A stretch of DNA of 64,000 bases. Source: Utricularia gibba (Eukaryota > Plantae > Magnoliophyta). Location: NCBI GenBank assembly GCA_002189035.1, contig NEEC01000025.1:310001-374000 (forward strand), given 5' to 3'. The position numbers and the translations under genes were made by a program. The notes beneath the pieces were generated by a model. It ran no database searches and was not told where the DNA came from. It was given only the letters and a program-made list of their open reading frames with translations. The stretch's first letter is position 1, and every line of letters begins with the position of its first letter. Below are positions 16,373 through 28,770 of the stretch, piece after piece.

Positions 16373-17838
16373 GGATTGGCCGGTGCTCTGAAACAAGTGT
16401 ACAGATGTTGGTGAAGATGAAGATGGAGGAGGGGGGGTTGCGGCTGCTCCGCCGCGCCGGCGGAAGTGCAAAATGGAGTATCATGGCCTTCTGATTTTCT
16501 TTCGTCTCAATTTTTTTTTTAATTCATCTAACGGACGAGTAATTTGCAGTAACCATGCTGATTAGTTCCAATGCCTCTCTCTTTTCCTTTTAATCTCTCC
16601 CTAAATTATAAAATTATCCCATATTTTACTGATTTACCCCTCTGTTCGGTGGAGCGTGAGGGGCATTTTGAGCATTTTGTTCTAAATTGGTTTTATTTAT
16701 GTCGGTGGGATTTAATTAGGGTTCATTTGTAGTTGTTGGGTTTAAAAAAGCATGATTTAATTGTATTTAAAATGTTTTAAAGCGTGAATCAAATAGAAAA
16801 AATATTATGGTTCAATTTTAATTAATTTCAAAAATATAATCCAATTAATTTAATGTTTTTTTTGTAATAAAAACATCAAAAAAGTTTTTTTTTTAAAGAA
16901 ATTATTATGCACACAGATTTGATATTCTTTACGATACACTGTCACGGTAAAAACCGATTTACCAAAAGAGAGTCAAAAGGGTGTGGAAAACGAAGACTGC
17001 CAATTGACCTAGGAGTATTCAAAATGGAGTAGGGTAATGAGTGGCGGAGGCAGGCTGCTACTCACAAAGAGGGCCCAACTTTAATAACCTATGAATTGTG
17101 TCGGGGGCAAAGTGACGTCTTCGTCGCACGCGCCGCCGTGCATCGGAAACTATTTCTGTTGAAGAATGGTGTGACCAGTTATTCCGTACTTTTATTGTTG
17201 TGGAGTTAATGCAGAATGGGGGTGAAATGGAACAGTAGCGCGTGGGCCGCGCGTGGGCTGAAAAGGGCATAACTGGAATTTACGTTTTGACCTTCTGTCA
17301 ATAAAAAAACCGTGATTGCAGTAACACGGAGGACAAGAAAGACCAAATCCCGAGCTACGCGGAGAGGAGAAGAGTAGACTTGGTAGACGAAAATCCCTTT
17401 TTTTTTAGTAGCTGAACAGAGACAGACAATTGGGGTTGGGTTGGAGTGGGAATCGGTCTGTGATCGTGACTGATTTTATTACTCGTTTTCGTGTTCCCAC
17501 CGCCGCGCTGATGTTTTTCCATTTTCATACTGGAAAAAAATCGAGCCGGTGATTGTGCGAACTTCATTTGCATCCAGATCTTTTTTTCTTTTTTGTTTCA
17601 TTTGGGTGGATGTTTCTATTGATGGTACATTGAAGATTGGAGTTTTTCTTTTGGAATTCGGCGCTAGCCGAGGAAGTTCTTGGTTTTCTTTTTTTTCTTT
17701 TTCTATCGGGGTTGAAGGGGGCGGTGGCGGTGGCGGGTGTATGTTTCCTTTCGTGAAGTCGATAACTCTTGCCTCGAAGTGGCGGATTTTTGGTTGATCC
17801 AGGCTTAAAGTTTCATGCGCGGTTGAAGTTACTGCAAA

Positions 17839-20800
17839 ATGGTATTGCATTTCCGTCATTCCTCTTGTTTTGTTCTTTTAGTTTCTTGAATTTCAATTAT
17901 TGCGCTACTTTTAGACGAATAGTGCTTCTATACCCAGAGAGAATGTTGAATGATCCGTGATTGCTCAGGCTAGCGTAGCTTTTCAACATTAGTCTAGGGT
18001 TTATTGCATGCTCAAGGTATTATTTTATTGTTGAATCATGAATCGCGGATCTTCTAGATGAGCATTGCACTACTTTTTGGTTGTTGAATCTATAGGTTTC
18101 AGGCTTCTTGTTTTGATCTTCTGAGCTTATGCAGGTTGGTTCAGTTGCTTTAGCAGTTGGGTCTCTTGTTTTTGTGGAGGATGCTGATGATGCATGGGTG
18201 GATGGGGAGGTTGTAGCTGTCAAAGGTGCAAATATTGAGGTCCTTTGTTCGTCTGGGAAAAGGGTCAGTCATGCACTGCATCTTAGTAAAGAGCATTTGA
18301 TTTCTATCTGTGTTATAAACTGGCTGTGTCCTCATAATAAGTCATGTCTGAAGGTTGTGGTGAATTCATCCAATGTATACCCAAAGGATGCCGAAGCACC
18401 CCCATGTGGGGTGGATGATATGACAAAGTTGGCTTACTTGCATGAACCTGGTGTTCTGCATAATCTGAAATCTAGATATGACATCAACGAGATATATGTA
18501 TGCCAGTTTATTTTTCATAACACTTTTCTTTAGTCTACAATTCCTAAAATGCATGTTGTATGATGTTGTCTTATGGGGTTTCAGACTTATACTGGAAACA
18601 TACTGATTGCTGTGAATCCTTTCCAAAGACTGCCTCACCTTTATGATAGCCATATGATGGCGCAATATAAGGGGGCTGCATTTGGTGAGCTCAGTCCTCA
18701 CCCTTTTGCTGTTGCAGATGCTGCATACAGGCAAGCATTTGGTTAGGTTGATTGCATTGATATGTTTGTACTGCTTACTAAGGGACGTTGTCTTTGATAA
18801 AAGGCTTATGATGCATGAAGGAATAAGTCAGTCTATTTTGGTAAGTGGCGAAAGTGGGGCTGGTAAGACAGAAAGTACAAAGCTTATCATGCGTTATCTT
18901 GCATACATGGGTGGACGATCAGCATCTGAGGGAAGGTCTGTGGAGCAGCAAGTTCTTGAGGTAGTGAATGTTTTTCAAAAAGACTGAAATATAGTCATAT
19001 ATCACAATGGAGTCAAGGAGATCACCATTGTCTCATTGTCTTTGGTGATCCATGGCAGTCAAATCCCGTTCTTGAGGCATTTGGTAATGCAAAAACGGTC
19101 AGAAATAACAACTCAAGGTTCCAATCTTCTCTTTGTCATCGGCCTTGTAAATATCATGTTATTTACGTTCTGAACATTGTCGTGTATATCTTAATGAGTA
19201 CAAGTGTGATCTTGCAGTCGTTTTGGGAAGTTTGTTGAGATTCAGTTCGATCAAAATGGTAGAATCTCTGGGGCTGCCATTCGAACCTACTTGCTTGAAA
19301 GATCTCGTGTTTGTCAAATCTCAGATCCTGAGAGAAACTATCATTGTTTTTATATGCTTTGTGCTGCACCTCCTGAGGTAATTGAAACCGAATCTACTTG
19401 CTTGAATGATCTTATGTTCCAAATTTCTTGAAAATGTCCATTAAGTTTGAGGAAAACTGTTGATCGGTTATGAAATGAATTGTTTTGTACTTCATTTTTT
19501 AAACTAGATAAAGTTGCGTTCCCTTACAATTTTCAGGATATTGAGAAATACAAGTTAGGAAGTCCAAGAACATTTCACTATTTGAATCAATCTAACTGCT
19601 ATAAGCTTGATGGGGTTGATGATGCTAGAGAATATGTAGCAACAAGGAAAGCAATGGATACCGTTGGAATCAGTTTGGAGGAACAGGTATACTCTTGAAA
19701 TATTCCCGATTGAAGCCTTATTGCCTGCTTCTTAATCGTGTATGCTCTGTCTTATGCCTCAGGAAGCTATTTTTCGAGTAGTTGCTGCAATTCTTCATCT
19801 GGGGAACATTGAATTTGTGAAGGGGAATGAAATCGATTCATCCATGCCAAAGGATGAAAAATCTTTATTTCATTTGAGAACAGCTGCTGAACTTTTCAAG
19901 TAATGAATTTTTTAATGGCATGCTACTGCCATCAACGAAGAGCATCTGTTCATCTTTGGAAGCCTTCTCTTGCAGGTGTGACCCAAAGGCGCTAGAGGAT
20001 TCTCTCTGCAGACGTATAATAGTGACGCGTGATGAGACAATTATCAAGGATTTGGACCCTGATGCAGCTGTTTCAAGCAGGGATGCGTTGTCTAAGATTG
20101 TATACTCTAGGCTGTTTGACTGGTAAGCCTAAGAAAAATCTTTCTGTAAACTAGCATGCGGTCATTTCATTTAAGATTTTTGTTTAACCCTGGTATTTCT
20201 GAATATCATCTTACCATTCATCTATGGTATATCTCAGGCTCGTGGATAAGATTAATAGTTCAATTGGACAAGATTCCAGCTCCAAATGTATAATTGGGGT
20301 TCTTGATATCTATGGCTTTGAAAGTTTCAAGACTAACAGGTGCTTGACTGGTATGCTTTGTATTGTGACATGATGAATGTTTTGGCTCAAGAATGGAGGC
20401 CTAAAAGCAAAGAGTTGGGGTTTCGTTTTTGGGGTTGATGAGTATAACAAGATTACATGGGTCTCTATGCTATCAAGTGTTTTATGGTCATGTTTCTTGA
20501 GTAGTTTCATTTAAATGATGCCTTCTTCTCATTTCATTGGAACCCAGCTTTTTAGTTAAGATATCCACTGACTTTGAATCTTGAAATCCAATGTCATACT
20601 TCTACAGTTTCGAGCAATTCTGCATTAACCTGACTAACGAAAAGCTTCAGCAACATTTTAATCAGGTAGGTCATTGGCTCAGTGCACTTAACGGCCGAAT
20701 TCTTATATTTGAGCCCTCTATGTGTGCTGATGGTCTGATAATGAACACAAATGTGGCGTTGACAGCACGTTTTTAAGATGGAGCAAGAAGAGTATACAAA

Positions 20801-23800
20801 AGAGGAAATAAATTGGAGCTATATTGAGTTCATTGACAACCAAGATGTTCTTGATCTGATTGAAAAGGTCCATCTGATCTTCTCTTGGTTAATCACAGTA
20901 GCTGAAATTAGATTTCACTTGGGTTGCCTTTCTTTTCTGTTGCTTTATCTGTACTTCATTGTTCAATGAATACGAAGTAGGACTTGTTTCTTTTATCATA
21001 AAGTAGGCATTAGCTAGTTAAAGAGGTTTATTTTATTGACTAGGTATTTAAGTTGGCGTTGCCTTCTCTTTGCATCTCTTGGTGTAATTTATGAAATATT
21101 GCTTCTTTCACTGTTGGGTACTGTTAGCTGCTTCATTTGTTCCCTCAGTTTTTTTTGAAAGCTCATATAATTTTTTTTACTTTGTTTTTTTATGTATATC
21201 TTTTTCTTTTTTTATTATTTTTATTTTTACTGATGTTTCATTTTTTGTCAAATTTTTCAGAAGCCAGGTGGCATAATTGCACTTCTTGATGAAGCCTGGT
21301 AAGATTCTTACATGTCTAAAGGCTTACATTTATGGAATCTGGTTATTCTGATATTGTGACTCCATTTTGTAGCATGTTTCCAAGGTCGACACATGAAACA
21401 TTTTCCCAAAAACTGTATCAGACTTTCAAAAACCACCAGCGCTTCAGCAAGCCTAAATTAGCTCGCTCTGAATTCTCCATTGCCCATTATGCTGGCGATG
21501 TATGTTCTTTTTAAGTTATTATTGCGCTTGTCAAGGCATCCATAACACTTAGTAACAATCTCTCTTTGAAATGCTGGATTACCAACTAGTTTCACATGTC
21601 AGGTAACATATCAAACTGAGCTCTTTCTGGAGAAGAACAAGGACTATGTTATTGCTGAACATCAAGCTCTCTTAAATGCCTCCAAATGTTCCTTCGTGTC
21701 ATGTCTTTTTCCTATTTCGAATGATGAATCTTCCAAGCAATCAAAATTTTCTTCTATTGGCGCAAGGTTTAAGGTACTGTGTTAGCTGCATCTTTTTGCA
21801 GGATTTTGTCGCTTATGATTTAAATATGAATTTTCATGTGGCCTTCTTTTAGCAACAATTGCAAGCACTGCTTGAGACATTGAGTTCCACCGAGCCTCAT
21901 TATATTCGCTGTGTGAAGCCAAATAATCTTCTTAAGCCAGCTATATTTGAGAATCAAAATGTTCTGCAGCAACTACGATGTGGAGTAATGCATTGCTTCC
22001 CCTCTTTTTCTCTGGTAGTTAGAATTTTTTTTGCCACTCATTCACACGTATGGGTCTATGAATGTCTATTTAGGGTGTTATGGAGGCAATTAGGATAAGC
22101 TGTGCTGGGTATCCTACAAGGAAACCTTTCATTGAGTTTATAGGACGATTCAGCATCCTAGCACCAGAGGTTTTAGAGGGAAGGTATTGCGCATATTTCA
22201 TTTTCTTTTTTATTCCCCATAGTTTGGTCGAACAATTAATTGAACCTAGTTTGAATCCATGTTAGTGACGATGAGGTTGCTGTTTGCAAGAAGCTGTTAG
22301 AAAAAATGGGCCTTGAAGGATATCAGGTGGTAATCCATTCTTGAAAACCAGAAGCAGGGTTTCAAATTTCATTTGATTTACTGCTTTATTTTGCATACTC
22401 TTATCGCATATCATTTTACTTGGCACATGCAAGTTTAATGCACTGCGCTGTCTACACAATTTTCTGCTGCTGCACTCTAATGCATCAAATTTAAACTGCT
22501 TGTGATGCTTAAATTTGTTGGTTATTTCCTTTCACTTTGCATACCAGATCTCCATGTAAAACTTGTTGAAGTTTGCCTAAGGAATGCCTTGTGTTTGGGG
22601 ATTTGCCTTGTTTTTTTTTTTCCACTGAAAATATGTTTTTTCTTTTTTACTGCCATTAACACAGTGAGCTTTTCAGATTGGCAAAACGAAGGTGTTTCTC
22701 AGGGCTGGTCAGATGGCTGAGCTGGATTCACGCAGGACAGAAGTTTTAGGTAGATCAGCTGGAATTATCCAGAGAAAAGTTCGTTCTTACATGGCTCAGA
22801 AGAAGTTTACATCATTGCGTTGTGCTGCATTACTTATGCAGTCTGTATGCAGAGGTAATAATTATGGATATACCAACATTTGATGGATAATTTGTTGCTG
22901 ATGCTCTTTTTTGGTTCACTTGGCAGGAGAGTGTGCCCGGAAAATTTATGAATCTATGCGAAGAGAGGCTTCTGCTCTTAAGATTCAGCAAAATTTACGA
23001 ATGTATTTTGCTCAGAAAGCTTACAGAGAACTCTGCATGTCTGCTATTACAATTCAGTCTGGAATGCGTGGAATGAGTGCCCGCAAGGAGTTACGGTTTA
23101 GAAGAGAAACAAAGGCAGCAGTGATGATCCAGGTACTCTTTCACGCACTGAATGAGTTGTTTATTAAGATGCCCTTTGTTGTTCATCTCTTTGAAAGGCG
23201 ACAGTGTAATAGACTGAATAGAGGTTTGATGAACAAGTTGACTGACTGCAGAGTCACTTCCGTACATTCTTGGCTCGCCTGGAATATAAGAATCTGAAGA
23301 AAGCTGCAATCACTACACAATCTGCATGGAGAGCACGAGTTGCCCGGAAAGAACTGCGCAAATTAAAAATGGTAACTTTATCACTAGTTGTACTATTTTT
23401 TTATTTGTCTTAAGCTGCTATTTGATGTCTCTGTGGCTACAAATTTACTCTATGTTTCTTCCTTTGTAACCAAAAGGCTGCAAGAGAAACTGGTGCTCTG
23501 CAAGCTGCCAAGAATAAACTAGAGAAGCAAGTTGAAGAATTGACTTGGAGATTACAGCTGGAGAGGAGGATGAGAGTATGCAGAATCTCTGATAACTTAT
23601 TTCTCTTTTTATATTGTTTTTTTAATTTAGAAACTTTGTTGGTTATTACTTAGAATCATTGTTGAAACTACGTTATGCAAATAAGGTTGCGTTGATGCAC
23701 CAAGGCATATATTTTCCGTACATTTTGTCTTCAAGTTGAACTCTCTTATTTCAGACTGACCTAGAAGAAGTGAAAACGCAAGAGACCGCCAAATTGCAGA

Positions 23801-26800
23801 CAGCTTTGCAAGAACTTCAGCTTCAGTTCAAGGAAACCAAAGAAATGCTGGCCAAGGAGAAGGAAGTTGTCAAAACAGTTTCTGAGCAAATTCCTGTAAT
23901 AAAGGAGGTTCCTGTAATTGACCATGAATTGATGGATAGACTCCGCACGGAAAATGAAAACCTCAAGGTATGTTGAACTAACCACTTGAAATCTTAACTG
24001 CTAGAAAAATTCATGATATATAGAAAACAATTGAAATATTTCCGACTTGCTTGTGTACTTTTCAGTCATTGGTTAGCTCTCTGGAAACAAAGATTGTGGA
24101 AACAGAAAAGAAATATGAAGAAACAAATAAACTCAGTGAGGAGAGGCTGAAGCAAGCTATAGAGGCAGAATCTATGATTGTTAAATTGAAAACAAACATG
24201 CACATGTAAGTTTCTGTTCTATCCTTGCAAGTGTTTTTTAATTTCTGTGCCTTATTTTATTATCAACACTAAATACTGTCCCAGCCTTCAAGAGAAAGTT
24301 TCTGATATGGAGGTTGAAAACAAAATTCTTCGGCAGCATGCATCTGATCTCCCCCAAGTTCCAGTGGAAAAGGTTGTCTTTCATTGGGTTCACCATATTC
24401 TGTAGCTTTTTATTACTGAGGTTTTACCTGATCACTCACAGGTCCAGGCACTGGAAAATGGGCATCATGCTAATGAATCACTTGGATCCTATGTATGTTT
24501 CACTCATTGAAACTACCAAACTTTAATGTGACATACAGGACGCTCTTGATCCCTTTCTTTCCTTTCTCAAGGTTGAAATCACTCTTCTTTCTGCTTTTTT
24601 CAGGATTTACCCACCACGCCAGTAAAAGGTCAAGAAATACCTGATGGCAAGTCTAAGCGTCCGCCAGTTGACAGACAGAATGTCTGTGTAATCCCTCAAG
24701 CCTATTTTTTGTGCTATGAAATATGGTCTTTCATGTGAAAATGATTGTAAAATGTAGGAGGATGTTGATGCACTTATGGAATGTGTAATGAAAGATGTGG
24801 GTTTCAGTCAAGGTAAACCCGTTGCAGCCTTCACAATATACAAGTGTCTTCTCCACTGGAAGTCTTTTGAAGCCGAAAAGACCAGTGTCTTTGATCGCCT
24901 CATTCAGATGATTGGCTCAGCTATTGAGGTAACTGGTTTGAGGATGTCCTAGGCACCTTAAACTAAGGATTTATGTGAAACAATCATTATTGGCTTTGAG
25001 TTAACTTCGGAAAAAATTATTTCAGATTCAAGACAGCAATAATCATCTGGCTTATTGGCTTTCAAATACTTCGACACTGCTGTTTTTACTCCAGAAAAGC
25101 CTAAAACCCGCTGGTGCAACTTCTGCTCGTAAACCACCCCCTACCTCATTATTTGGGAGAATGGCAATGGTATGAGATACTTAAATTTTCACATCTTTAA
25201 TGCTGTTGATATTCTTCTAAAAGTTATGTTCAACAAATACAGGGATTTCGGTCCTCTCCTTCTTCCGTCAATGTTACTGCAGCGACAGCTGCACTTGAAG
25301 CAGTTCCTCAAGTGGAAGCCAAATATCCAGCTCTTCTTTTCAAACAGCAGCTCACCGCATATGTTGAGAAAATTTATGGAATTGTTCGGGACAACTTGAA
25401 GAGAGAGTTGGGAGCACTCCTTGCTTTATGCATTCAGGTCATCTTCCTTTTGCTAATGTCTGCCTTCCATGTAATGTGATTGAAAAGGTTTTTAAATTGT
25501 CGCGTGTGCTTCATTAAAGGCTCCAAGAACTTCAAAGGGTGGTGTTCTAAGATCTGGACGATCATTTGGCAGAGATGCGCCTTCAAACCATTGGCAAGGA
25601 ATAATAGATTCCCTCAACTCCCTTCTCTTCACCCTTAAAGAGAACTATGTATGCAGATTTCTTTCCTGTGCAACAATCTAATAGGTTTTTGTTGTCACAT
25701 GAGATAACATGCTGAAATTTTATGGAATTTTGCAGGTTCCTCCCGTTCTGGTTCAGAAAATATATGGTCAGACTTTTTCATATATTAATGTACAGTTGTT
25801 CAACAGGTAACTACATTGATATTATTTGTGGAATCCTTATCCTTGATTCCCATTGCCTTGGACAAAAATTAATTTGCCTAATTGCAATTTGTAGTCTTCT
25901 CCTACGCCGAGAGTGCTGTACATTCAGCAATGGGGAGTACGTCAAAGCTGGGCTTGCTGAGCTAGAGCTGTGGTGCTGCCAAGCAAAAGAAGAGGTATTT
26001 CCCTCATAGGACGCTATGGCTAGTAGTTAGATTTTGACTTAATCCATTGGTTCACATTCGAAGTTCTTTCTATCACAGTATGCTGGCACCTCTTGGGATG
26101 AACTCAAACACATCAGACAAGCAGTAGGATTCTTGGTATGTATTTATAAGCTCTCTGCTGGTGTGCTGTTATCATAATATGGGATGCATCTATGGTCACA
26201 CCTGGATCTTCTTGATTTCTCTATGCAGGTCATTCATCAGAAATATAGAATATCTTATGATGAGATCACGAATGATCTGTGCCCTGTGAGTCAGCCTCCT
26301 TCACATCCTCCCTTCCATTGCGGATTTGATCAAATTAGAACTGTATGTGTTTGCTGATATAGAGTATGCTTGCCTTCTCCAGATCTTGAGTGTCCAGCAG
26401 CTTTACAGAATATGCACATTATATTGGGACGATAACTACAACACTCGGAGTGTTGCACCTGAGGTGAGTGAACTTACAGAGAAAACTCAATCTTCTTGTT
26501 ATGTTACATTTCACCATTTTTGTCCTACTAAAACGCGTACAAACTTGGTGTTCTTGCTCTGTTACAGGTTATATCAAGTATGAGGGTCCTAATGACGGAA
26601 GACTCCAATAATGCAGTCAGCAACTCATTTTTGTTGGACGATAATTCCAGGTAAGGAGTCATGAATGAGCTCATTCACATCACATTCAAGGGATAAACAC
26701 TCTTCCTTCTTGTAATACTTGGTTGGGCCCTGGATGCAGCATTCCTTTCTCCGTTGATGAACTTTCAAGCTCGATTAATGTGAAGGACTTCTTAGATGTG

Positions 26801-26854
26801 AAGCCGGCTGTACAACTTACTGATAATCCAGCCTTCCAGTTTTTGCACGGTTGA
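17839..26854 (+). CDS. Myosin XI (MYA2/XI-B/XI-G/H group): motor, IQ repeats, coiled coil, DIL tail; about 38 exons
   Basis: ATG-only first exon (17839-17841), [16 protein letters not shown]-loop [44 protein letters not shown], several IQ motifs, DIL tail [26 protein letters not shown]. Ends NPAFQFLHG*. Confidence 0.96.
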
Positions 26855-27319
26855 GGTCTGGAAACCAGATACATACATACCAACTCCATCTAGTAAAGGA
26901 ATGCCATGCCTGTAAATTCATCAAAATTGTCTGTATTCAGGGCAGGCCTTTATATGATTCTCGTTTCCATTGTCAGTATATGCAACTTGTTTTTCCCTCC
27001 ATGCCAATAGGGCAACATCCTTTTATTCAATTGATTGTTTACATCAGGGCTTGGCTTAGGATACCCCTCCATATGTTGAAATACATGTTATTATATCTTC
27101 AGAAGGACATAGTTCCTTACTGTCATGGTGTAAATTCATTTGGCAAACTCTTGAGTTTATTGATATCTTTGTAATGGTGCAATTCCATCTATTAACAGTA
27201 ATCTAGCAGCAAGAAAGCATTGAAGAGAAAAATGGGTGAATGTAGATCAGCATGTTACATGTTTCAGGCGACACATTGATTGAACACAGGAATATGACAA
27301 GCACTCACGCAAACACTAT

Positions 27320-27913
27320 TCATGGGACTGGTACCAGTTCAATTTCGTCCAAAGCGTAGTTGTTTGATGACACGTTTGCATAGTTTGCCTTCTGAAACCT
27401 GACCACCACTGGGTAACGACTCTTGGGATCCTGAAAAAACAAACCATCACAGCCTTCAGCACACAGAGACTCCTGATTAACAGTAATTTGATAACAGTTG
27501 GGGTTCACCTTATCAACTGTTACAACTCTTCCAACTCCCTTGTACCAGTAGGATTCTTTCCTTAGAATTCTCACCTGAAGCATTACGATATATTCTCTTA
27601 CCCTCAACACTATGGAGATCGATGTTTTGAAGTGAAGTATTTTTGTTACCTTCGAGCCTTTTGCAGGGCCAACTGGTGATGCCTTGGCTTCAGCCGCGGG
27701 CAGGGAGTCGACGGCGGCGTCCTCAGCGTCCAGAATGGCCTCCTCGCCGACAGGCGCGCCCTCGTTGGTGGCCCTGACGATCAACCTCAAGTTTCTAGAG
27801 TTGCTGCTGCAAGGCATGGAGATGAGGGTGAACTTGGTTGGGCCGGAAGAGGCCGTGGCTGGCGCAGCCATGAATCCACGGGGCGCTGCAGACGCCATGC
27901 TGCTTGATGCCAT
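27320..27913 (-). CDS. PSAE: Photosystem I reaction centre subunit IV (PsaE) with transit peptide, 3 exons
   Basis: [10 protein letters not shown] transit peptide, [10 protein letters not shown]|[21 protein letters not shown]|[30 protein letters not shown]. Confidence 0.96.
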   Translation of the reverse strand: MASSSMASAAPRGFMAAPATASSGPTKFTLISMPCSSNSRNLRLIVRATNEGAPVGEEAILDAEDAAVDSLPAAEAKASPVGPAKGSKVTKILHFKTSISIVLRVREYIVMLQVRILRKESYWYKGVGRVVTVDKVNPNCYQITVNQESLCAEGCDGLFFQDPKSRYPVVVRFQKANYANVSSNNYALDEIELVPVP

Positions 27914-28098
27914 GCGTGCCTCGAGGGAGACGGGGAGTTGCAATGCTCGTGGAATCCACGGGATCTGTGTGAATGACTGAATCTAATACTTGGGAGTTGG
28001 AGTCGTTTCCAGGCGGGGCGTGCTTGCTATTGATTCGCCCACTAAGGTGGTGACGCGTGGCCACCACATCCATTTTATGTGGGTAATATTAATTTGGG

Positions 28099-28104
28099 CA
28101 CGTG
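28099..28104. promoter_or_regulatory. G-box (CACGTG) upstream of PsaE
   Basis: Perfect CACGTG about 185 nt upstream of the PsaE ATG. This is typical for light-regulated genes, but a hexamer can occur by chance. Confidence 0.45.
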
Positions 28105-28408
28105 ATGCCCATACCCTCGGTTCCCAATTTAATAATAATTAGATTTTGTCTTTGTAAATTAAAATAGAGATATGAAACTATTTGAAATTTTTAAAAATAT
28201 AATGATTTAAATAAATCAAATATTCATCATCAAAATTATTGAAAAATATATACCAATAATTAAAGATGAAAAACATTAATATATTTGATGTCATAAATTG
28301 GCTAAGCAATCTGTCCATTCATTATTAAAGTTGAATGTTTTATATTTTTATCCTTGAAAAATATAAAAAATATTCATATGAATGTTTTTTTAAGCTTAAA
28401 AGACGGCC

Positions 28409-28496
28409 GGCCCAAACAAGGTTCCGATTGGGCTGCCCACTAAGCGCATAAGAGCCCAAATAACCACACAAACGAATTGCCCGCTTTTGAGGCCCA
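28409..28496. promoter_or_regulatory. Cluster of four site II (TGGGCY) motifs
   Basis: GGCCCA 28409, TGGGCT 28429, AGCCCA 28453 and GGCCCA 28491, all within 90 nt and upstream of the gene starting at 28771. Confidence 0.6.
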
Positions 28497-28770
28497 ACCG
28501 CCTTGTCAGAATGCTTGATTTGTAACGCTTTTAGCCGTTTGCCGCCAAAAGCATTGCCTTCCCACCTCGTGCTTTCTGATCATCGTTCGCTTGAGGTGGA
28601 ACTCCGATCATCTCCAGTAAAATTGAGGCTGAGAACCAATTTCATTCATCTGATGAGATTAAGCAAAACCTGATTGATTACTACTTGATCTGTGCGATAT
28701 ATGTCCGGAGAGTTACCGAGTTCTTTTTTTCGTTTGGTTTAATTGTATATGGTTTGCTGTACACTCAGAA

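Noticed and set aside
16600-16950. MITE/MULE-like words (TTACCCCT, GAGGGCATTTTG) in an AT-rich spacer; similar GTGGGG(T/A)CCA words near 355 and 34105
   Set aside because: No terminal inverted repeat pair or target-site duplication could be delimited.
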